64,000 nucleotides of DNA from Candidatus Cloacimonadota bacterium (GTDB taxonomy: Bacteria > Cloacimonadota > Cloacimonadia > Cloacimonadales > TCS61): the NCBI GenBank assembly GCA_018400535.1, contig JAGYMQ010000034.1:10137-74136 (forward strand). Direction: 5' to 3'. Position 1 is the first letter of the stretch; each line of letters begins with the position of its first letter. Below the pieces are notes generated by a model. That model had not been told where the DNA came from. It made no database searches and worked only from the letters and a program-made list of their open reading frames with translations. A program made the position numbers and the translations under genes. Of the stretch, positions 30,669-39,775 are shown piece by piece.

Positions 30669-31514
30669 TCAAATCGTTGCTGTTTTGTGTCTGTCTGCAT
30701 GACATTGTACATTCACGGCGACAGGCATTGAAGCGATGTGACAAGGTTTGTGCAGGATATGAACCGCCAGAGCTGTCGTTCTGCCGCCCAAACCTTGTGG
30801 TCCGATTCCTAAATCATTGACTTTTTTCAAAATTTCTGCTTCCACTTCTGCCCATTTCGGGTCTGGATTTTCTTCGTTTAAAGAACGCAGTAGAGATTTT
30901 TTTGCCAGAAGTGCACTTTGCTCAAAATTTCCGCCCAAACCGACTCCAACAACGACAGGCGGGCAGGGATTTCCTCCAGACCGCTTGATGCGATCTACCA
31001 CGAAATCGATGACGCCTTCGATCCCGTCTGCTGCTTTCATCATTTTCACTTCGCTCATATTTTCGCTTCCGCCACCTTTGGGAGCAACGGTTATCTTCAA
31101 TTTTTCTCCGGGCACAATATCGGTATAGATCAAAGCTGGAGTATTATCTTTCGTGTTTTTTCTTTCAATGATCGGATCATCGACCATAGATTTGCGCAGA
31201 TAGCCATCTTGGTAGCCTTGTCGCACACCTTCATTGATCGCTTCCTCAAAATTTCCACCTGTGATATGAACATCCTGTCCTATTTCGATAAAAATAACAG
31301 CAACGCCAGTATCCTGGCAGATCGGCATTTTTTCCTGAGCAGAAAGTTCATAATTTTCCAATAAAATATCCAGAACTTCTTTTGCCGTTTCCGATTCTTC
31401 CTTTGCCTTAAATTCTTTGATCTTGTCGATCACATCATCGCCGATATAATAATTCGAATCAATACACAATTTTTTTACTATCGGGATGATCTCCTTCACG
31501 TCAATGGTTCGCAT
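30669..31514 (-). CDS. Class I Fe-S hydro-lyase alpha subunit (fumarate hydratase FumA/TtdA type)
   Basis: It has a CQDTG cluster-ligand motif. Its length and sequence fit the N-terminal domain of the two-subunit fumarase family. Confidence 0.8.
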   Translation of the reverse strand: MRTIDVKEIIPIVKKLCIDSNYYIGDDVIDKIKEFKAKEESETAKEVLDILLENYELSAQEKMPICQDTGVAVIFIEIGQDVHITGGNFEEAINEGVRQGYQDGYLRKSMVDDPIIERKNTKDNTPALIYTDIVPGEKLKITVAPKGGGSENMSEVKMMKAADGIEGVIDFVVDRIKRSGGNPCPPVVVGVGLGGNFEQSALLAKKSLLRSLNEENPDPKWAEVEAEILKKVNDLGIGPQGLGGRTTALAVHILHKPCHIASMPVAVNVQCHADRHKTATI

Positions 31515-31908
31515 TAGAACTCCTTATTTTAATTTTTTTTAGATGTAGTTCAATCAGGGTTTTTCCCAATTGCAACATAATATCATCAAATGATCTCAAT
31601 ATCTTATTTTCTGGGAAACGAATAAATTGATAATCAAAATGTTCAAGCAAGATCCTACGATTGATTTTGTATTCTGGCTGCAAGCTGTGAATTCCTTGAT
31701 CCAATTCAATGATGAGGTTGTGATCAGGACAATAGAAATCTACCAGGAGAAATCTTTTTTCTCCTTGATGATCAAACAAAATGGGATGACAACGCTGAAA
31801 TTTCTTGTTGAGAAAATTCCCGTCCTTCAAATGTTCCCAGATCAGATGATGACTATTTGCTTCATTTTGACAATACTTTTCAACGGTTGTTTTGATCTTT
31901 TTTTTCAT
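31501..31908 (-). CDS. DUF559 endonuclease-like domain protein
   Basis: [20 protein letters not shown]...FIRFPENKI matches the DUF559 (Vsr/restriction-endonuclease-like fold) pattern. It overlaps the sucD stop by 4 nt and the fumarase alpha start by 14 nt. Confidence 0.7.
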   Translation of the reverse strand: MKKKIKTTVEKYCQNEANSHHLIWEHLKDGNFLNKKFQRCHPILFDHQGEKRFLLVDFYCPDHNLIIELDQGIHSLQPEYKINRRILLEHFDYQFIRFPENKILRSFDDIMLQLGKTLIELHLKKIKIRSSNANH

Positions 31909-32780
31909 GGTCTTGCCATAATTTTTTTCACACTTTTTCCAATATCAGCAGGAGATTCTGTGACGGTTACGCCAGCTTTTTCGAGAGCTTTCATTTTTTC
32001 GCGAGCTGTGCCTTTGCTACCAGCAATGATCGCGCCTGCATGTCCCATTCGCTTGCCTTTGGGAGCAGTTTGCCCGGCGATGAAAGCAACAACAGGTTTG
32101 TGAAATTCTTCTTTGATGAATTTTGCAGCTTGGATCTCCATATCGCCACCAATTTCTCCGATCATCACTACTGCCTTTGTTTCATCATCTTCTGCAAAGA
32201 GTTTTAGTAGATCAACGAAAGAAGAGCCGATGATAGGATCTCCGCCGATCCCGATTGCTGTGGTGATGCCGAATCCAGCTTCCACTACTTGATTTGCTGC
32301 TTCATAGGTTAGAGTTCCTGATTTGGAGATCAAACCGATTTTCCCTTTTTTGAAAACAAAACCTGGCATAATTCCTACTTTGGCTTCTTCTGCAGAAATA
32401 ATTCCCGGACAATTTGGTCCGATCAATCTTACATTCTGCTCTTTACAAAATTTCTTTGCTAACATCATATCTGAAGTTGGAATGCCTTCTGTGATACAAA
32501 CGATAACTTCAATCTCTGATTCAGCAGCTTCCATCACAGCATCTGCGGCGAAAGAAGGTGGAACAAAGATCAGGCTCACATTTGCTGCTGTTTCCTTTTT
32601 GGCTTCTGCCACAGTATTGAAAACCGGTTTTCCGAGGTGAATCTTTCCGCCTTTTCCAGGGGTGACGCCGCCCACGATTTTTGTGCCAAAATCTAAACAT
32701 TGCTGAGCATGGAAACTGCCTTCTTTACCGGTGAAGCCTTGCACGATAACACGAGAATTTTTATTTACAAGGATGCTCAT
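31905..32780 (-). CDS. sucD: Succinate--CoA ligase (ADP-forming) alpha subunit
   Basis: [10 protein letters not shown] and the phosphohistidine loop MGHAGAII. Confidence 0.92.
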   Translation of the reverse strand: MSILVNKNSRVIVQGFTGKEGSFHAQQCLDFGTKIVGGVTPGKGGKIHLGKPVFNTVAEAKKETAANVSLIFVPPSFAADAVMEAAESEIEVIVCITEGIPTSDMMLAKKFCKEQNVRLIGPNCPGIISAEEAKVGIMPGFVFKKGKIGLISKSGTLTYEAANQVVEAGFGITTAIGIGGDPIIGSSFVDLLKLFAEDDETKAVVMIGEIGGDMEIQAAKFIKEEFHKPVVAFIAGQTAPKGKRMGHAGAIIAGSKGTAREKMKALEKAGVTVTESPADIGKSVKKIMARP

Positions 32781-33952
32781 TTTTGTTCTCCCTTTGCTGC
32801 GATTACCGCTTTCTGTGCGCCATCAGCCAGATTGGAAGCATAGATAATGTTCTTGATTTTAGCGTTTTTCAGGATCTGGGCAGCTTTTTCGGAATTTGTA
32901 CCATCCAGACGAACAATTAAAGGAACAGCCACTTCAGTTTTTTGGGTCGCTTCCAAGATACCATTGGCGATGCGGTCACAGCGCACAATCCCGCCAAAGA
33001 TATTGATAAAGATCGCTTTTACATTCGGGTCTCGCAATATTATATCAAAGCCTTTAGCGACGGTTTCGGCGCTGGCATTTCCACCCACATCCAAAAAATT
33101 TGCTGGTTCACCTTGATAATATTTGATGATATCCATCGTGGACATGGCAAGACCTGCGCCATTAACCATACAGCCGACATTTCCATCCAGTTTGACATAG
33201 CTCAGATTAAATTTTTTTGCTTCGATCTCGCTGGGTTCTTCTTCGTCTAGATCGCGCAATTTTATTATTTCTGGATGACGAAACAGAGCGTTATCATCGA
33301 AATTTATCTTTGCATCCAAAGCGATAAAGTTGTTTTCCTGGGTGAGTACCAGTGGATTGATCTCGATCAAACTTGCGTCTGTTTCCAAATAGACTTTGTA
33401 TAATGTGCTGGCGAATTTAGAGAATTCTCGCTGCTGTTCTTTGGTAAGTTTCAGACCGAAAGCCAATTTTCTGGCGTGGAAATTTTGGAAACCGGTTAAA
33501 GGATCGATCGCAATTTTTATGATCTTCTCTGGATTTTTTTCAGCTACTTTTTCGATTTCCATACCGCCTTCTGTGGAAGTTATCATCACGGGTTTTTCCA
33601 GCGTCCGATCTAAAACGATTCCCAGATAAAATTCAGTTTGGATGGCGACTCCACCTTCGAGATAGACTTTTTTAACGATTTTACCTGCATCTCCAGTTTG
33701 GTGTGTGATGAGTCTCATTCCCAAAATTTCTGATACGAATTTTTTTACTTCTTCGATGTTTTTAGCAATTTTAACGCCGCCTGCTTTTCCGCGTCCACCA
33801 GCGTGTACCTGTGCTTTCACCGCCCAGATGTTTCCGCCGATTTCCTTGGCGGCAGCTTCGGCTTTTTCTTCTTGTGAGATTATTTTGCCAGGCGGAATTG
33901 GAACTCCGTATTGTGCAAAAATCTCTTTCGCTTGATACTCATGAACTTTCAT
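32777..33952 (-). CDS. sucC: Succinate--CoA ligase (ADP-forming) beta subunit
   Basis: The N-terminus [18 protein letters not shown] and an ATP-grasp region. It overlaps sucD by 4 nt. Confidence 0.92.
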   Translation of the reverse strand: MKVHEYQAKEIFAQYGVPIPPGKIISQEEKAEAAAKEIGGNIWAVKAQVHAGGRGKAGGVKIAKNIEEVKKFVSEILGMRLITHQTGDAGKIVKKVYLEGGVAIQTEFYLGIVLDRTLEKPVMITSTEGGMEIEKVAEKNPEKIIKIAIDPLTGFQNFHARKLAFGLKLTKEQQREFSKFASTLYKVYLETDASLIEINPLVLTQENNFIALDAKINFDDNALFRHPEIIKLRDLDEEEPSEIEAKKFNLSYVKLDGNVGCMVNGAGLAMSTMDIIKYYQGEPANFLDVGGNASAETVAKGFDIILRDPNVKAIFINIFGGIVRCDRIANGILEATQKTEVAVPLIVRLDGTNSEKAAQILKNAKIKNIIYASNLADGAQKAVIAAKGEQK

Positions 33953-33959
33953 AACACCT

Positions 33960-34412
33960 CTATTTCAGATTTTGTTGTTCAATAATTGTTTTGACTAAAT
34001 TGGGAATTTTTGCTTCGATTTTGGGAGTGCATCTTTCGGAAAATGTGAAAGTATCTTTTACTTCGATACCGTAAATCTCGATTTCTGCTGGTAATTTACA
34101 ATTTTCCTTTTTCATGATCTCGAAAGCTTCGAAAAGACTGATATCATGCGGAGAAGAATGATGCAATGTGTTCTGAAATTCCTGCCTGTCAAAATGATGT
34201 AGTGTGCCAAATTCTGCCTTTCCAGTTTTCACCGAATCGATCAAGATAAGCTTGTCATATCCGATAATTTCGTCAATCACGCGAAAACCAGCAGCGCTTG
34301 CTTCTTTCACGTCACATTGGAAACATTTCTGCTGGATATGATTTGCCACGTGAATTCCCACGCCGTCATCAGAAAGAATCGTATTACCCAAACCCAAAAC
34401 CAGCGTTCTCAT
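33960..34412 (-). CDS. [NiFe]-hydrogenase maturation endopeptidase
   Basis: LVLGLGNTILSDDGVG motif, 150 aa, directly downstream of the large-subunit gene. Confidence 0.8.
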   Translation of the reverse strand: MRTLVLGLGNTILSDDGVGIHVANHIQQKCFQCDVKEASAAGFRVIDEIIGYDKLILIDSVKTGKAEFGTLHHFDRQEFQNTLHHSSPHDISLFEAFEIMKKENCKLPAEIEIYGIEVKDTFTFSERCTPKIEAKIPNLVKTIIEQQNLK

Positions 34413-34419
34413 GAATGAA

Positions 34420-35883
34420 TTAATCTCGTTTCAAAGTCTGAATTTTATTTTTCTCATTATCATAGATATTCACGATCAAAGGAGTTTTGCCCGGAAGTGA
34501 ATGCGTAGCGCAAGCAAGACAAGGATCATAGGGACGGAAAGCCATCTCGACCATGTTTAATATCTCGTCAGTAACCTTTCCTTTTTTAATCAATTTTTGG
34601 GCAGCCTTGGCAATGGACATCGACATAGCGGCAGAATTTCCTACAGTTGCCACAATTAAATTTACGGCTGTGACCAAGCCTTTTTCATCAGTTTTATAAT
34701 GATGGATCAAAGTTCCGCGCGGAGCTTCTACAACTCCGACTCCTTCATCAGGAATCGAAGTGGGAATATTGCGGATATTGGGATTTGTGATCGATTTATC
34801 GGAGAGAAGTTGTTCCAATCTTTCTGCCAGATTCACGACTTCGATCAAACGAGCCCAATGAAAAGCTAATGTATTATGAGCTGGTTTTCCGCCCAAAATA
34901 TCATACATTTTTTCAAATTCTTGCTGTGCGATCGGTGTTCCCATCGCATCGGCGACGTTCAATCTTGCCAAAGGTGCGACGCGATAGACTCCACTTTCTT
35001 TTCCATCTTGAAATCCTTTCCAGCCAATATTTTTCAGATAGGGGAACTTCATATAACTCCAGGGTTCGACACGCTCTTTGATGTGATCAAGATAATTTTC
35101 TGATGAGAATTTGGCGATCTCTTTTCCTTCAGGATCGACGACACGAATTTTTCCATCATAAAGGTCAGGATAGTTATTTTCGTCAACCAAGCCCATATAA
35201 TAGGTTTTGTGTTTGTAAATATCACCGACAACGAGATCAACATATTTATCATTTTTCAAAACGATATCATCGAAAATTTGCATGGCGAATTTGGAAAACT
35301 CTACTGTTTTTTTGGCGATTTGAAGATATTCCTGTCTTTTCTCTTCGGTAATGCCTTTGGAGACTCCGCCGGGAAGACCACAAACAGGATGGATCACACG
35401 TCCACCAAGTTCAGTTATGATGCGTCTTAGATCGCGACGTGCTGCGATCACTTTCTTTCCGATCTCAGTTCCCACTTTTCCCACAACGCCCAGAATATTT
35501 CTTTCGGCAGGAGGTGCGTCGGGCCCGACCACGAAATCAGGACCTCCCAGGAAGAAGAAATGCAAAAGATGATCTTCCATTACAAAAGCGCTATTGATCA
35601 CCCTGCGGATCTTGACAGCAGTTTCGGTTGGTTTCACTTGATAGACGGCATCGACAGTTTTTGTGGAAGCCATGTGATGCGTTGTCGGACAAACACCGCA
35701 GATACGTGGAGTGATTCGTGGAAGTTCTTCGACGGGTCGGCCGATACAAAATTGTTCAAAGCCTTTTAATTCAGGAACTTGTAAATAAGCATTTTTGGCG
35801 TTGCCTTCATCATCCAGAAATATTTCTATTTTGCCGTGTCCTTCCAATCTCGTGATTGGATCAATTGTTACTTTTTTTGTCAT
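34420..35883 (-). CDS. mvhA: [NiFe]-hydrogenase large subunit, cytoplasmic Mvh type (group 3c-like)
   Basis: ITRLEGHG and RICGVCPTTH near the N-terminus and DPCLACATH near the C-terminus. A roughly 26-aa tail after the His would be removed by the protease. Confidence 0.88.
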   Translation of the reverse strand: MTKKVTIDPITRLEGHGKIEIFLDDEGNAKNAYLQVPELKGFEQFCIGRPVEELPRITPRICGVCPTTHHMASTKTVDAVYQVKPTETAVKIRRVINSAFVMEDHLLHFFFLGGPDFVVGPDAPPAERNILGVVGKVGTEIGKKVIAARRDLRRIITELGGRVIHPVCGLPGGVSKGITEEKRQEYLQIAKKTVEFSKFAMQIFDDIVLKNDKYVDLVVGDIYKHKTYYMGLVDENNYPDLYDGKIRVVDPEGKEIAKFSSENYLDHIKERVEPWSYMKFPYLKNIGWKGFQDGKESGVYRVAPLARLNVADAMGTPIAQQEFEKMYDILGGKPAHNTLAFHWARLIEVVNLAERLEQLLSDKSITNPNIRNIPTSIPDEGVGVVEAPRGTLIHHYKTDEKGLVTAVNLIVATVGNSAAMSMSIAKAAQKLIKKGKVTDEILNMVEMAFRPYDPCLACATHSLPGKTPLIVNIYDNEKNKIQTLKRD

Positions 35884-35894
35884 AAGAAATCCTC

Positions 35895-36899
35895 TTAAAT
35901 TTGTTTTTCGCTACGAGTTCTGTGCAACATTGAGACGGGCAAAGAAAAGCGATAGAATGTGCCAGCTGGATCAACGATTTGATCCATCAATTTTGTGATC
36001 TTTTCTTCATCATAATCTTCTTCATTTTCCACTCCCAAAATTGATGCAAGAGCTGAAACCATTTTTCCTCCGACATCTTTGACATTGTTCGGCGCTCCGT
36101 AGCAACCGCGACACGGCATATTCACCGTGATACATCTGCCATCACCCTCTTTTCGGCAACCAGCTCGTGTGACTGGCCCCATACAGATAATACCTTGCGC
36201 TAGAAAGCATTTTTCCGGGTCAGCATCGACGAGAGATATGCGATTGATCTCATCGAGCATTAGCTTTTCAGGTTTTGTGTCATTACGAGAGCAGACATCG
36301 CACAGTGATTTATCGGGAGCCAAAACAGATCCTTTTGCTGGAAGATCATTAGCCAATATTTTATGGATCGCTTCCAAAGTGAGATAGGGAGCTGGCGAAC
36401 AGCCAGGAATGTAATAATCTACAGTCACAACTTGATCCAAGCTTTTCACTGTATTATGAAAAGCAGGAAGCGTCAATTCTCCTTCAGGTACTTTCACTTT
36501 TGTTTCAGGGACAATATTTTCTGGGTTTTCGATAGAAGGGCAGGCAGCTTTGTAGGAAACATCAAAAATAGAATGTTTATCATAGAAATTTGCTAATCCT
36601 GGAATTCCGCCGAGATGGGAACAAGCTCCGAACGAAATGACCATTTTAGATTTTTTTCGCAAAAGTTTTGCCATTTCCAATTGTTCATCAGTTCTGATCG
36701 CACCATTGATAAAGCAGGCATCAATTTCCTGATCAGCCATTTTTCTAACATCAGCATATTTAAAATCCATAGCGCAGGGCCAAAATACAATATTTATCAG
36801 ATCAGCGACTTCCAATATTTTTTCGTTTAGATCGATGATCGCTTCTTCACAACCACCACAGGAAGCGCACCAATAAAAAGCAACTTTTGGTTTTGCCAT
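35895..36899 (-). CDS. mvhG: [NiFe]-hydrogenase small subunit, Mvh type
   Basis: FYWCASCGGCEE, GACSHLGGIPG and C-terminal Cys clusters (CMGPVTRAGC, PCRGCYG). It has no twin-arginine signal. The ATG at 36899 is preceded by GAGGAGG. Confidence 0.8.
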   Translation of the reverse strand: MAKPKVAFYWCASCGGCEEAIIDLNEKILEVADLINIVFWPCAMDFKYADVRKMADQEIDACFINGAIRTDEQLEMAKLLRKKSKMVISFGACSHLGGIPGLANFYDKHSIFDVSYKAACPSIENPENIVPETKVKVPEGELTLPAFHNTVKSLDQVVTVDYYIPGCSPAPYLTLEAIHKILANDLPAKGSVLAPDKSLCDVCSRNDTKPEKLMLDEINRISLVDADPEKCFLAQGIICMGPVTRAGCRKEGDGRCITVNMPCRGCYGAPNNVKDVGGKMVSALASILGVENEEDYDEEKITKLMDQIVDPAGTFYRFSLPVSMLHRTRSEKQI

Positions 36900-36975
36900 T
36901 AACCGAACCTCCTCTATATTAACAAGAAACTTTTTTTTCAAACTTTATTGTGATCAAATGCAAATGAACTCTCCG

Positions 36976-38646
36976 CTAAAACAACGTTCCGTGATAGGTT
37001 GTAGTCAATTGTTTTGCTTTGACATGTGTCGGAATGTAGTCGGGTAATAAGATTGGAGATATTCTTTTTTCATCAATTCCGAGTTCTTTCACTTCTTTGG
37101 CATATTTATCGATATGTTCGAGCATCATTTTACCAATTTGAATTCCGTCCAGAATTTTCTCTGCAGCGAATTTTCCCGCTCTTCTACCGAAAACTACAAC
37201 ATCCAATTGAGAATTTCCCATCAAGCGATTGCGACCGTGCACACCACCAGAACTTTCTCCAGCAACAAAAAGTCCAGGAACGCGGGTTTCAGCTTTTGCG
37301 TTGATCTCAATTCCACCATTTTGATAATGTAAAGTGGGATAGACCAGCATTGGATATTTGCGGATATCGATATCAAAACGATGATATTGTCGAAGCATCG
37401 CTGGTAGGTTTTTCTCTATCGTTCCAGGTCCAGACAATGATTCGATGAGCGGACTATCTAACCAAATTCCCTTTAGGCCGGAAGGTGTCGTCACTCCCAT
37501 ATCATTTTCACATTCGCGGATAAAAGCAGAAGCTTCGATATCACGTGGTTCAAGTGGAAAAACAAAGAGCTCGCCATCTTTATTCACAGGCTGTGCACCA
37601 AGTCCGCGGATTTTTTCTGTGCAAAGAAATCCAACGATCTGTTCAGGAAAAACAGCGCCAGTAGGATGGTATTGAACAGAATCCATATAAAGTAAATTTG
37701 CACCTGCGCGATAGGCCATAACGAGTCCATCAGCTGTCGCGCCATAATGATTTGTGGTTTCGAAACCTCGCACATGCAATCTACCAAAGCCACCTGTAGC
37801 GATGATGACGCTTTTTGCTTTGACTACAAAATATTTTTTCAGTTCCAAATGATAAACGATCGCACCAGCAGTTTGCCCTTTTTCATCCAGAATGATCTCT
37901 GTGGCAGCGCAATATTCCAGAAATTTAACTTTATCAGGACGATTTTGCACTTCGTCGCGCAAGACGCGGCAAATTCCAGCACCAGTATAATCTCGCGTGG
38001 AATGCATCCGATTTCGGCAAGTTCCTCCTCCCGATTTGACCATCATTCTACCATCTTCATATTTATCGAACATAACGCCGTTTTTTTCCAGCCATCTGAT
38101 CGTTTTAGGAGCATCCATCACAAGAGCTTCTGCCAGTTCCGGTTTGTTATCAAAATGACCACCACCCATCACATCGAGATAATGTAGAACGGGAGAATCA
38201 TCGGGTTGGTCAGCAGCTTGAATACCACCTTGAGCCATCATTGAATTGGAATCACCCAATCTTAATTTCGTGATGATCATGGTTTCAACGTTTTTATTTG
38301 AAGCTTCGATCGCGGCAGATAATCCAGCTGAGCCAGCTCCGATAATGAGAACGTCTGTTTCATAGTCAGGTTGAGAAAGATCGAATGTTTGGGAAAGATT
38401 GCGCGGATAAGATTCCAAAACATCGACTACTTCATTGATGATCTTCTCACCTTTGTTTGGTCCGAGATGTACTTCTTTCAAAGCATCATCTTTATAGTCT
38501 GGATGATAGGTATTGAGAATGTCGCCTCGCTCTTTTTCTGTCATCGGCTCATAAACTTGTTTGCCAAATTTTTTCGCCAGTTCCAATCTTTTATTGCGCG
38601 TTTTTTCTACTTTTTTTATTGATTCTAACATATAATCTGGATACAT
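36976..38646 (-). CDS. SdhA/FrdA-family flavoprotein (soluble fumarate reductase/succinate dehydrogenase-like)
   Basis: DVLIIGAGSAGLSAAIEA FAD fold, AQGGI, ATGGFG and YHPTG motifs. It has a roughly 95-aa N-terminal extension. Asn replaces the His that is flavinylated in SdhA/FrdA. Confidence 0.75.
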   Translation of the reverse strand: MYPDYMLESIKKVEKTRNKRLELAKKFGKQVYEPMTEKERGDILNTYHPDYKDDALKEVHLGPNKGEKIINEVVDVLESYPRNLSQTFDLSQPDYETDVLIIGAGSAGLSAAIEASNKNVETMIITKLRLGDSNSMMAQGGIQAADQPDDSPVLHYLDVMGGGHFDNKPELAEALVMDAPKTIRWLEKNGVMFDKYEDGRMMVKSGGGTCRNRMHSTRDYTGAGICRVLRDEVQNRPDKVKFLEYCAATEIILDEKGQTAGAIVYHLELKKYFVVKAKSVIIATGGFGRLHVRGFETTNHYGATADGLVMAYRAGANLLYMDSVQYHPTGAVFPEQIVGFLCTEKIRGLGAQPVNKDGELFVFPLEPRDIEASAFIRECENDMGVTTPSGLKGIWLDSPLIESLSGPGTIEKNLPAMLRQYHRFDIDIRKYPMLVYPTLHYQNGGIEINAKAETRVPGLFVAGESSGGVHGRNRLMGNSQLDVVVFGRRAGKFAAEKILDGIQIGKMMLEHIDKYAKEVKELGIDEKRISPILLPDYIPTHVKAKQLTTTYHGTLF

Positions 38647-38658
38647 ATTTTCTCCTGT

Positions 38659-39348
38659 TTAGGAAATTTTGATTTCTCTTTTATAATAAGTTTCAGAAAG
38701 TTCTTTTCTGCCCATTTTTTTTAGTTTGTCCATTTCTTGGTCAAATTTGCCTTCTGAGATCTCTTTTAACCTTTTTTCCAGTTCAGGGCTTTTGCGGGAA
38801 AGATATTTGCCATAAAGTCTGCGAGCTAATGTGGCATTGTTATATTGGACGATCTCAGCAGGGCATCTCAGAGCGCATAAACCGCAACGAATACAGTCGA
38901 AAGAAAGATCAGCTGCTTTAGCGATGTCGCCGCGGATCAGCGCTTGAACGTAATCCATAACTTGGATATCTTGCGGACAGGCTTTGGTGCAGGTGTTGCA
39001 AGCAACGCAGCGAAAGACGCTGGGAAAAAGCTCCATGAATGTGCTCACATCTGGTGACAATTTATCAAGATCATAAGTTGGTTTTTCTGCTGGAACAAAA
39101 GGGATTTGGGTCAAGGCCATTCCGTCTGTGACAACTGTTTGACAGGCGAGGCCACCTTTCAATTTATAATCACCTTTTTCGCGATAGACAGTAGCGCACG
39201 CCCCGCAATATCCTTCGCGACAGCCGACTCCTCGTTTCAATTGAAAGCCTGCATATTCCATCGCTGTAACGATCGTTGAACCTTCTGGCACTTCAAAAAG
39301 TTCCCCTGAAATGTAAACTTTAACCATTTTTCTTTTTTCTTCAGCCAT
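38659..39348 (-). CDS. Iron-sulfur protein with [2Fe-2S] and two [4Fe-4S] motifs (SdhB/FrdB-like partner)
   Basis: CREGYCGACA...C (plant-type 2Fe-2S) followed by CVACNTCTKACP and CIRCGLCALRCP. The ATG at 39348 is preceded by AGGAGG. It overlaps the mvhD stop by 8 nt. Confidence 0.65.
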   Translation of the reverse strand: MAEEKRKMVKVYISGELFEVPEGSTIVTAMEYAGFQLKRGVGCREGYCGACATVYREKGDYKLKGGLACQTVVTDGMALTQIPFVPAEKPTYDLDKLSPDVSTFMELFPSVFRCVACNTCTKACPQDIQVMDYVQALIRGDIAKAADLSFDCIRCGLCALRCPAEIVQYNNATLARRLYGKYLSRKSPELEKRLKEISEGKFDQEMDKLKKMGRKELSETYYKREIKIS

Positions 39349-39775
39349 TAGATATATCCTCCTTGCGGTCATATTTTGGGATGGGGCCGAGAGCTCTGAT
39401 CTGCTCGGTGAAGTCTGTCATCTGACGAGCAAATTTATTTCCTTCGCTGGCAGATATCCATTCCAATCTTAATCTATCAGGATTGATTCCCATTTGTTCG
39501 AGAACTCGCTTCAATAATACAATTCTACGTTTTGTTTTATAATTTCCTGTTTGATAGTGACAATCTCCTGGATGGCAACCACCGATAAAGATACCATCGC
39601 TGCCACGGGCAAAAGCATGCAAAATGTGTTCACTATCAATTCGGGATGAACAGAGTGTCTTGATGACTATACCATTTGCTGGATATTTCAAGCGAGATGT
39701 TCCAGCCAAGTCTGCTCCGGCGTAGGTGCACCATTTACAAAGGAAACAGACGATCTTTGGTTCAAATCTTTTCAT
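39341..39775 (-). CDS. mvhD: Methyl-viologen-reducing hydrogenase delta subunit (MvhD)
   Basis: KIVCFLCKWCTYAGADLAG...GGCHPGDCHY pattern typical of MvhD/FlpD. ATGA overlap with the hdrA stop. Confidence 0.8.
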   Translation of the reverse strand: MKRFEPKIVCFLCKWCTYAGADLAGTSRLKYPANGIVIKTLCSSRIDSEHILHAFARGSDGIFIGGCHPGDCHYQTGNYKTKRRIVLLKRVLEQMGINPDRLRLEWISASEGNKFARQMTDFTEQIRALGPIPKYDRKEDISNG

